Source of the DNA: Anthoceros angustus
Lineage: Eukaryota; Plantae; Anthocerotophyta
Reading direction: 5' to 3'
NCBI GenBank assembly: GCA_010909165.1
Contig: VJWM01000223.1
Span: 62,001 to 126,000 of the forward strand
Length of the DNA stretch: 64,000 nucleotides
Shown here one piece after another: positions 13,501 to 23,788 of the stretch (position 1 is its first letter; the number at the start of each line of letters is the position of its first letter). Made by a program: the position numbers and the translations under genes. A model generated the notes under the pieces. The model saw only the letters and a program-made list of their open reading frames with translations. It had not been told where the DNA came from and ran no database searches.

Positions 13501-13608
13501 ATTTCCCGGAAGGTGAAGAATTCGACGCGTCAATTCGGAGGCCTCTTCATCTGCCCCGCGCCGGACTGCTCCGGTCACACCAACTCAAGGGCGAGCGCCG
13601 CCGCCGCT
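10591..13608 (+). other. Mosaic duplication of the PPR 3' part and downstream sequence (probable assembly chimera)
   Basis: Near-identical pieces of 8938-9786, 15980-16102, 10463-10564, 9947-10590 and 14585-15922 joined at short shared words, with homopolymer deletions. Confidence 0.8.
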
Positions 13609-14417
13609 GGAACTACTTTCAACTGTCTTCTCGTGGCATGCAGCCATGCAGGCCTTGTGCACGAGGGCCAGCAGTATTTGAAGATAATGGTGGATGACTA
13701 TGGCATCGAACCCACAGATTATCACTACAGTTGCATGGTTGATCTCCTTGGCCGCTCAGGCTGCCTGGACGAGGCAGAAGGTCTGTTACAGACAGCGCCG
13801 CTTAACAATTACGCTGTGGCATGGACATCCTTGCTGAGTGCCTGCAAGAACCACGGTGATGCAGAGCGTGGGAGAGATGCTTTGACCACCTGGTGAGACT
13901 GGAACCCGACAACGCAACTGCCTACATTCTCCTGGGCAACATCTACGCCAATGCAGGCAGATGGAAGGACGTGGACAGGACAGAGAGGTTGAGGAAGGCC
14001 GGGCACGCCATGAAGAAGCCCGCAAAGGCATGCATCGAAGTGAGACATGAAACCCATGAGTTCACCGTCGGGGAAGAGAGGCGCGACATTTCCCTAAAGC
14101 TGACAAACATGAACGCAAGGTTGAAGGAGGAGGGAGGCCACGTTCCGCAAACTGAACTGGTCTTGAAGTCAGTGTCCGAGCAGGAGAAGGAAGATGCACT
14201 GTGCGGACATGCTGAGAAGCTGGCTCTCGCGTACGGGCTCCTGAACACGCCAGACGGCACAACTTTACTGGTCACCAAAAACCTTCGTATGTGCAGCGAC
14301 TGCCACAGTAGCACCAAGATCATGTCTCGACTCGAGAAGCGAGAGATCGTAGTCAGAGACACTCATAGAATCCACAGTTTCAGAGATGGGGCTTGCTCAT
14401 GTGGGGATCGACTCTGA
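13609..14417 (+). CDS. Third copy of the PPR C-terminus (L2-S2-E1-E2-DYW:KP) with the intact DYW-type domain; probably the true 3' end of the PPR gene
   Basis: ORF 13893-14417: [10 protein letters not shown]...HAEKLA...CSDCH...CSCGDRL*. One G is missing at ~13870 relative to 9881. Confidence 0.75.
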
Positions 14418-15631
14418 TGAGGGTGTGGACAATCCTGGAAGCCCAAGGGAACACGAGGTTACCCTATGTCAGCATCGGGGACTGTTGGGAACGCTTTCTC
14501 CGAGACGCGTGCGCTTTGATAGCAGCCTACAGTGTTGCATTATCATGGCAACATCTCGAAGCGTTGCCGTCCATCAAATCTGTCGTCCTTGGGAAGGGCG
14601 CGCCGACTTCCTCGTGTGAGTTCTTCAGCGCGAGACGTTGATAAAAACCTTGAAACCTCATGAGGGCGGGAAACAGTTTGGGTGTTCGGGTCCGAGATGG
14701 GATTATCAATTCATCCTCTGTTAAGGGACTTTGTAAGCTACAGTATGCGAAATCAGCACTATCTACTCCAAGGGCAGCAATTGGTGAAGCAGTGTGTTTG
14801 TGCTGTTTGTTGGGTAGGTTCGAAGTCTAACCGCTGGGGTTACTATCCGACGGTCGAGAAAATGATGCAACACGAGAGGCGTGCTGGAAGGGTAGGTTGC
14901 CAGGTGGGTCGGAGCCAAGGGGGTGGGCGCCGGGCGGTACACGTGTTTACAAGGCCGAAGCTGGAGAGGGAGGGGAAGAAAGAAGGGAAAGCAACTTGAA
15001 TCAAGAAGAAAGAACGAAGTGATGAGGCCACCTACATGTACCTACCGGCTACCTATTCTACCTACCAACGTACCTACCCACCAAGCGTACCTGGGCTGGC
15101 GCAAAGGTCGCATGTGCCGCAGCTTCTTGGTGCAGGGTAGGTGCAACCGAAGCCCGAAGCGGGAGCGGGGCATAAGAGGGTGAGGGACCGAGTCCCGCTT
15201 TCCTGTCTGTCCCGCTGCACGTGGCCTGCCTTGCCCGCTCGGCCCTGCCCTGCCCTGCCCTGCTTTGCCCTGGCCCCTGGCCCCTGGCCCCTGGCGCCCG
15301 GGCCTGCACTGCTCTGCACATTGTCCCTCGCATTCGCCTGTGTGTCGCAAAGCCACGCTCGTTGCTGTCCGCTGCCATACGAAGAGCAAGAGCAAGAGCA
15401 AGAAGAGCAAGGGGAAGACGAGACGGGTGGTGTGAAGGAGAAGAAGGAGAAGAAGACGAGACGCGAATCAATGCGCATGGCGTCTCAGCCGCAGCCGCAG
15501 CCGGAGCCTCCAATTGCAAGAAGAAGCAGCGCTGTGCTGGCCGAGGAGCGCGAGACGGCGTGAGGCAGCTCGGGGAGGGAGCAGGAGCGGGAGTGGGAGT
15601 GGAAGACGGAAAGGGAGCTCGGGGAGGGAGG

Positions 15632-16346
15632 ATGGATGATGCCGTCGCCGGCGCCCGACCGCCGGCTTCCTTCCTCATCGACCTGGACTTGTGGAACAGG
15701 TTCAACTCGGAGCTGCGAGCCGCGTGCCACTGGTGCACGCACCACCACACCACCACGCCTGCGGAGGCCGCCAAGCAGCTGGAGCGCGGGGAGAACTGGC
15801 CGCGCGACTGGATTTCCCGGAAGGTGAAGAATTCGACGCGTCAATTCGGAGGCCTCTTCATCTGCCCCGCGCCGGACTGCTCCGGTCACACCAACTCCAA
15901 GGGCGAGCGCCGCCGCCGCTGGTTCTGCCGCTTCTGCATCAACCGGCACCTCGGGGTGGACCTCAAGAACTTCTTTCAGCTGGACGAGGCGCACGGCAGG
16001 TGGATTCAGATCCCGACTCTCATCTGCTGGCATTGCCAGGCCAAGGTCGGGGACGCCGTGTGCGTCAATTGCCCGCAGAAGCACACCAAGCGGGCCAAGA
16101 GGCTGCCGGACGGCCCGCCCGCGCCGCATGTGCCCGTGGCCGTGGCGTACTTGGGAGGCCCTGGAGACACGCATTTTCCGCCATCGCCGGCTCCTGCTGC
16201 CGACGGCAAGCCCGCTCAGCTCCCCGCCGCGGACCTTGCTATTCCGCTGCACGCGCCTTCGCCGCTCTCCGACCTCCGCTTCCTCACTTCTTCGTCCGCA
16301 CCTCAGCAGCAGCAGCAGTCGCGGGGGTTTTTCTCTGAGAAGGCAG
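15632..16346 (+). CDS. Cys-rich zinc-finger exon (ADD-PHD / zf-4CXXC_R1-like) plus Pro/Ala/Gln linker; probable first exon of the downstream M18 paralogue
   Basis: MDDAV...ACHWC-x~40-GGLFICPAPDC-x~14-WFCRFCINRHLG-x~22-LICWHC-x8-CVNC. Followed by a splice-donor region (AAG/GCAG/GTGA) at 16340-16350. Confidence 0.65.
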
Positions 16347-16526
16347 GTGACCACGGGCTTTTGTTGGCGCTTGCAACATCACAAACGCCACACATCGGCT
16401 TGAGAAAGCATCACGTTATGACTTGTCACTTTACCCCTCTGCCTGCCTTCACGTTCCATCTTCCTCACACACCTTCTTCCTCACACCGCTTTTTCTTTTC
16501 CCTTCTCTTGTGTGCTTGGCATCCAG

Positions 16527-18918
16527 GATTTCGTGTGTGGAGAAGCGCCTGTCTCGGTTATACCAAGCTTTATCGACTTTGTAAATAATTCATGCACACC
16601 ATTTCACGCCACTGGTAACACCGATTGTTGTTTCCAACCTCTTGCCAATGTTTTGCTTCCCTTGCTACTGTGCTTACAATCATCATCTCGTGGTATCGGT
16701 CTTCTGCCAGCGGAGGCCAGGAGGCTTTTGATAGGAGTAGGCTTTCAGCAGTTGAGTGAATGTGAAGAGTGGCAACTGCAACCAGGAGGGCGCTACTTCT
16801 TCACTCGGAACATGTCCTCGATATATGCATTTGCTGTGGGCCGAAAGTCAGTGTTCTACCGCCTCTTTTACATGCTCATGGCCCTGCACTTGTAGTTGAT
16901 ACCATTTTGTTTTTACGGCTTTTTTCTAGAGCATAACACATTATGCCCTCTTCCTACTGCTGCTGCAGATTTAAACCAGGCAGCGGATTCCATGTTTTGG
17001 CCGCTCACATGGACAGTCCGTGCTTGAAAGTGAAGCCTGTATCAGCTTCGGCCAAAGGCAGGTTTTTGCATGTGCGTGTCCAGACATATGGAACCGGCTT
17101 ATGGCACACGTGGTTTGACCGAGATCTGAGTATTGCTGGCCGGGTTCTCATTCGAAGAAAAGATGGTGAACTTGCTCACGAGGTGGTTCGGGTCAGGCGT
17201 CCCATTCTGCGCATCCCCACACTCGCTGCCTACTCAGATAGGTTTGTTGTTCACTCCTCTCGATTTGTCATGACATTAGCAGCCTGTCGTGCCCTTACGT
17301 TCAGTCTTAGAATATGCTGGAATGACCTGAAATCGGCAGGGAGAGAGGGTCTCCTGGTGCTACAGCAAATGTAAGTAAAAGGAGTGATGTCTTGGAAGGT
17401 CTGGAGCTCTGGACAAGATCGAACTGGATTCACAGCTCGCCCCTGTTCTAGCGATGCAAATAGAGGCTGAGCTCACTGTATCATGTGAGTCAGAGTCATC
17501 CATACAGGCTGATAATGACAGTGGTCCCAATTATACTACACATGAGGCTCACCATCCAGTTCTGCTCCAGGTGAGCTCTACTATGGCTTACTTCTATGCA
17601 CAGGCAACTTCCAAATGACTTGGTTTCAAACTCATGTGCACCTCAATGACAGGTCTTGGCAGACGAGCTGAAATGCGAGGTGAGCGAAATTGCAGATTTT
17701 GAGCTGAGTGTATATGATACACAACCAAGTTGTGTTGGAGGTGCACGTGATGAATTTGTGTTTTCGGGCAGGCTTGATAACTTAGCCTCCTCCTTTTGTG
17801 CACTTTGGGCTCTGCTGGACACTTGTGCAGACCCTGTTTCATTAGTAGAGGAAAGCTCAGTTCGCATGGTCGCCCTCTTTGACAGTGGGGAGGTAATATG
17901 ATGATCATTGTGCTCGATCTCTGATCTGATGCAGTCGTTTGAATGCGATCGCACTTGTGGTTGATCTGGGGCTGGAAAATTGGCAACCTAACCTTGGATT
18001 GCACGAGATGGATTGCACGAGATGGATTGCACCTAAATCAACAGCGTGTTTGCAGGTTGGTTCAGACGCTGTCCAAAGCCCAGGACCTCAAACAATGTTT
18101 CAGGCCATGAATCGCATAGCGAGATGGCTTGCACGCAGCTCAAGTGGGGAAGGAATTGTTGAACGATCCATTAGGCGTTCATTTATTGGTGAGTGTTATG
18201 GTAGAGAATATCCTGTTGTAAGTCAGCTAAAGTGGATGGATACAAGTGTCATGAAAGAGGGAGCGGTAATTGTGTTAACCTCCTCTATCTGCCTGTCTTG
18301 TTGATTTGCAGTATCTGCGGACATGGCACATGCCTGGCATCCAAGCTACACGACAAACAGTGAAGAGCATCATCATCCAAAACTGCACGAAGGTTTGGTG
18401 ATCAAGCACGATGTCAACCAAAGTCATGCTACGGATGCCATCACTTCATTTCTGTTCAAGGAGCTGGCCAAGCGCAGCTGCATCCCCACACAGGTCTGGA
18501 AGATTGTGGCAGTGCATGTTTCGTTAGCTGAAGCTGCTGAAATTGTTCTCCAATAGTCCGAAGCTGATGACGATGTGGGATGGCTTGATTGGTGGATACA
18601 GAGTTTTCCAGTCATGAGTGATGTGGGGTGCTGCTCGACGGTGGATGCAATCTTGGCTTCAGGATACGGCATCCGTATTGTGGATTGCGGTTTGCCGCAG
18701 CTGTCCATGCACAGGTAAGAGATGTCTGGACACCCTTGTGCATTGTGGTTTTCGGTGTAGACCACACACAATCACAGCTGATAGCTTTCTGCTGTGGGCT
18801 GTGTGTCAGTGTGCGGGAAATGTGTGCATCTGAAGATATAGAGACGGCGGTTCGTCACTTCAAGGCCTTCTTCTCAGACTTCTCTGCTTTGGAGGATCAA
18901 CTGCGGGTCGACATTTAG
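16527..18918 (+). CDS. Aspartyl aminopeptidase (M18/DNPEP) paralogue, predicted catalytically impaired, about 10 exons
   Basis: Exons encode [52 protein letters not shown]|VGS, SADMAHAWHP, LSMHS and VREMC...LRVDI*. Intron positions match the gene at 27757. Confidence 0.88.
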
Positions 18919-19150
18919 AATTATGTTTAGCTCTCTTTGTCTGTGATCATGGCCGAACAAAGCCAGAATGGAAAAACGCTCTGGAGGTGGAAATTTGTAG
19001 GCCACCAGGGCGGAAACTTTGTATGTTCCGGCCAACTCGGCCCTAATATTTGGAGGCAAATGCGGCAGTTGACAAGGCTACTTCCTTCCACTTGTTACCG
19101 CGCTCGGACTAGGAATTGCTGCGGCGCAGAGCTTCGCGACCGCGCCCAGG

Positions 19151-22100
19151 ATGGGTCGGATCAAGCCGCAGGCTTTGCTGCTGCAGAGCAAGCGCAAGAA
19201 GGGGCCTTCCCGGCGCAGCTTCTCCAGCCTAGTGGGCTGCTGCGCAGCAATTGTGCTGCTGATGGGATCGGTGCTGCTTTTCTACAAGCAAGGTGTCATG
19301 AGGTCGGTGGGTTGTCCTCTCCCGCATGTATCGATTCCGATCCTCCCTGCCTTGGATGCATGCCACCAGGTGAGCTAAGACCACTCGTACTTCTGCAGGA
19401 AACGAGATACGTCCTCCGACACGGATTCCATACTGCGGGTAATGCATGCCCGCCAGCTGAAGTGCTCGTGTCAGTGACGTTCCACAGTCATTTGCCTGCC
19501 CTGACTGTCTTGCATCCTGCTGGCCACCAGCTGGGAAGCTCTTGCAGCTCGGTTTTTCACAATCGGAACGTGACATGTTCAGGATTCAACCGCTGACGAG
19601 ACTGGAGTGCTGCCTCGATATGCGGTACTGACTTCCTGCTCCTGCTCCTGCTGCGTTCACATGTCGGCCGCTCGAGCTCGTGTTTATATCTGGTGCTAAT
19701 TGATCAGCTGCCTGTGACGTCGCTCAGATTTTCAATACCAGCAAAGGACTGATCACAGTCGAGCTCTTTGGCCAGCAAGTTCCCCGGACTGTGGAAAATT
19801 TTGTGAGGCTTAGGTATGTCACAGTTGGGGTTACTTCAAATCGGTGTGTTAGTTGCTGCGCGAGGTCGGAATTTTTCTTTGTAGCCGTCACTTGCCGGCA
19901 GGGAGCTGCCCTGCTTGATGCGCCCGGTGGGTCTGCGATGTTCCCCTGCTGAACTCATGTGTCGGGGCATTTGTTCAGTCAGGAAGGCTACTACAACGGG
20001 CTCACGTTTCATAGAGTAATCAAGGACTTCATGATACAAGGTGGGGATCCTAAGGGAGATGGAACAGGTGGAGAATCAATCTACGGACACCCTTTTACGG
20101 ACGAGTTTCATAGCGAGTAAGTGGTTTTGCATTCCGTCCGTTTGAGTCTGAATAGCTTCCCTAGCAGTCATAGTCATTTCGCTCATACTTCTTGGCAGTG
20201 GCGGCCGCCAGTGAGGGTCTTGAGGTTTTCTAAAATCTACTGGAATGTCTGTTGCAGTTTGAAACATGAAGCCTTTACCCTTTCCATGGCAAACGCTGGG
20301 CCTGATACGAATGGGTCCCAGTTTTTATCACTACCACAAGACCGCAGCATCATCTGGACAACAAACATAGTGTTTTCGGTCGGGTTATCGGAGGCCAAGA
20401 CGTCGTTCGGGTAACAGGATGTGGTGGTTTTCAGTTCGCAGTTCTTGGACTCGTCGTCTGTGGTGGCTGTACATAAAACCTTGAGTTGTGTCGTTCCTTC
20501 AGGATATCGAAAGGTGAAGACCAACAAAAGCGAGCGACCTGTGGAGCCAGTATTTATTCATGATATCAAGGCTGTTGACGAGCTTGGATTGTGAAGTATC
20601 TCTTTGTATCACCCTCGTTATCCTGAGTGTTCGACCTTGTTCCATCTCACATGGACCGGCTGCCAAATCTCAGGTGCGTGGATATTTCACCTCATTAGTG
20701 TAGGCAGGAGGGATGTGGTAAGGATTATGTAGGTAGTCAACCAACTAGGTTTTGCTCTGGATGCAGCGGGCCACTGGCTAGGAATTTCGGCCGGTGGCTA
20801 GGAATTTTATCTGTACAAATCATACTATTGAATTTTCTCCATCACATCGTGTCTAGCAGAAACGCAGGACTGTAACTAGCAAACGCAAGAGCAAAGTGAC
20901 ACTAAGTACATCCAGCCTTCGACGGATAAATTTTACAATTTGGCCCTGTATAGGATAGATAATCTACCACCTCACGCAACAAACATTACAGTCGTATGGA
21001 CAATTACAGGGGAGCACATATATAATGGTAATCGTTGTAGAAATAACACCTTCAAGTGAATTTTCAGGTAGTTAGTGAATTTTACTTCATACGCCTTCTT
21101 CATTGTGAGCAACGAGCATAAAGCTACGACAAACAGTGAAGAGCATCATCTGGACAACAAACATAGTGTTTTCGGTGTAGACCACACACTGCACAATTGG
21201 ATTCTTGTCCCACAACCTGCGCTATTTCTATCGACAACATCCCTAATATTTGGAGGCAAATGCGGCAGTTGACAAGGCTACTTCCTTCCACTTGTTACCG
21301 GCGGAGGTGAGACGACCACCTAGAAACTACTAAACTACGAACCCACCAGTGGCCCATCAAGTGCAGGAGTACTGCAGGTTTGCAAAACATAAGGCACGAC
21401 GAAGTATACATGCTTACGTGCAACATGGAAACCGCCCACAGGCCCCATCTCAATCCATATTCCTACTTTGTCAACCTATGGACAGCGTAAACACGATGAC
21501 CACGAGTCCCAAGGCACCGAGTGAATCATACGTGCCCAATGTGCCCAGAACTTGCGCCACAATAGGAAAAGAAAACGAAAACAACTGCTCTACTACCCTC
21601 CTAGAGTCAACCAACTAGGTTTTGCTCTGGATGCAGCGGGCCACTGGCTAGGAATTTTATCTGTACAAATCATACTATTGAATTTTCTCCATCACATCGT
21701 GTCTAGCAGAAACGCAGGACTGTAACTAGCAAACGCAAGAGCAAAGTGACACTAAGTACATCCAGCCTTCGACGGATAAATTTTACAATTTGGCCCTGTA
21801 TAGGATAGATAATCTACCACCTCACGCAACAAACATTACAGTCGTATGGACAATTACAGGGGAGCACATATATAATGGTAATCGTTGTAGAAATAACACC
21901 TTCAAGTGAATTTTCAGGTAGTTAGTGAATTTTACTTCATACGCCTTCTTCATTGTGAGCAACGAGCATAAAGCTACGACTACAAAATCTGTTGCTTTAA
22001 ACATAAAATTTCACGACCACACACTGCACTTGCCGGCAGGAGCTGCCCTGCTTGATGCGCCCGGTGGGTCTGCGATGTTCCCCTGCTGAACTCATGTGTC

Positions 22101-22734
22101 GGGGCATTTGTTCAGTCAGGAAGGCTACTACAACGGGCTCACGTTTCATAGAGTAATCAAGGACTTCATGATACAAGGTGGGGATCCTAAGGGAGATGGA
22201 ACAGGTGGAGAATCAATCTACGGACACCCTTTTACGGACGAGTTTCATAGCGAGTAAGTGGTTTTGCATTCCGTCCGTTTGAGTCTGAATAGCTTCCCTA
22301 GCAGTCATAGTCATTTCGCTCATACTTCTTGGCAGTGGCGGCCGCCAGTGAGGGTCTTGAGGTTTTCTAAAATCTACTGGAATGTCTGTTGCAGTTTGAA
22401 ACATGAAGCCTTTACCCTTTCCATGGCAAACGCTGGGCCTGATACGAATGGGTCCCAGTTTTTTATCACTACCACAAGACCGCAGCATCATCTGGACAAC
22501 AAACATAGTGTTTTCGGTCGGGTTATCGGAGGCCAAGACGTCGTTCGGGTAACAGGATGTGGTGGTTTTCAGTTCGCAGTTCTTGGACTCGTCGTCTGTG
22601 GTGGCTGTACATAAAACCTTGAGTTGTGTCGTTCCCTTCAGGATATCGAAAAGGTGAAGACCAACAAAAGCGAGCGACCTGTGGAGCCAGTATTTATTCA
22701 TGATATCAAGGCTGTTGACGAGCTTGGATTGTGA
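19151..22734 (+). CDS. Cyclophilin-type PPIase, CYP21-3/CYP21-4-like, with N-terminal membrane anchor; 3' exons present twice
   Basis: Start '[21 protein letters not shown]' followed by a hydrophobic segment; '[15 protein letters not shown]' and '[17 protein letters not shown]...[13 protein letters not shown]'. The first 3' copy (stop 20592-20594) has homopolymer frameshifts; the second (stop 22732-22734) is intact. Confidence 0.88.
19890..22028 (+). other. Mosaic duplication of the cyclophilin 3' region and flank (probable assembly chimera)
   Basis: Duplicates 22029-23775, with short patches taken from ~18350, ~18750, ~19040 and ~20348 joined at microhomologies. Confidence 0.8.
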
Positions 22735-23788
22735 AGTATCTCTTTGTATCACCCCTCGTTATCCCGAGTGTTCGACCTTGTTCCATCTCACATGGACCGG
22801 CTGCCAAATCTCAGGTGCGTGGATATTTCACCTCATTAGTGTAGGCAGGAGGGGATGTGGGTAAGGATTATGTAGGTAGTCAACCAACTAGGTTTTGCTC
22901 TGGATGCAGCGGGCCACTGGCTAGGAATTTCGGGCCGGTGGCTAGGAATTTTTATCTGTACAAATCATACTATTGAATTTCTCCATCACATCGTGTCTAG
23001 CAGAAACGCAGGACTGTAACTAGCAAACGCAAGAGCAAAGTGACACTAAGTACATCCAGCCTTCGACGGATAAATTTTACAATTTGGCCCTGTATAGGAT
23101 AGATAATCTACCACCTCACGCAACAAACATTACAGTCGTATGGACAATTACAGCGGGGAGCACATATATAATGGTAATCGTTGTAGAAATAACACCTTCA
23201 AGTGAATTTTCAGGTAGTTAGTGAATTTTACTTCATACGCCTTCTTCATTGTGAGCAACGAGCATAAAGCTACGACTACAAAATCTGTTGCTTTAAACAT
23301 AAAATTTCACGACCACACACTGCACAATTGGATTCTTGTCCCACAACCTGCGCTATTTCTATCGACAACATCCCTAATATTCCTATTACCTATTCTAATG
23401 ATATAAATGTTTGACCACATACCCGCGGGTGCAAAAGCGCATTCGCAGTTTTGTTACCGGCGGAGGTGAGACGACCACCTAGAAACTACTAAACTACGAA
23501 CCCACCAGTGGCCCATCAAGTGCAGGAGTACTGCAGGTTTGCAAAACATAAGGCACGACGAAGTATACATGCTTACGTGCAACATGGAAACCGCCCACAG
23601 GCCCCATCTCAATCCATATTCCTACTTTGTCAACCTATGGACAGCGTAAACACGATGACCACGAGTCCCAAGGCACCGAGTGAATCATACGTGCCCAATG
23701 TGCCCAGAACTTGCGCCACAATAGGAAAAGAAAACGAAAACAACTGCTCTACTACCCTCCTAGAGTCAACCAACTGTAAATCCGTTCC

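Noticed and set aside
10401-13896. Additional independent PPR genes and PPR-zinc-finger chimeric ORFs (10401, 11146, 11656, 12985)
   Set aside because: These ORFs span the microhomology junctions of the mosaic and duplicate local sequence almost exactly.
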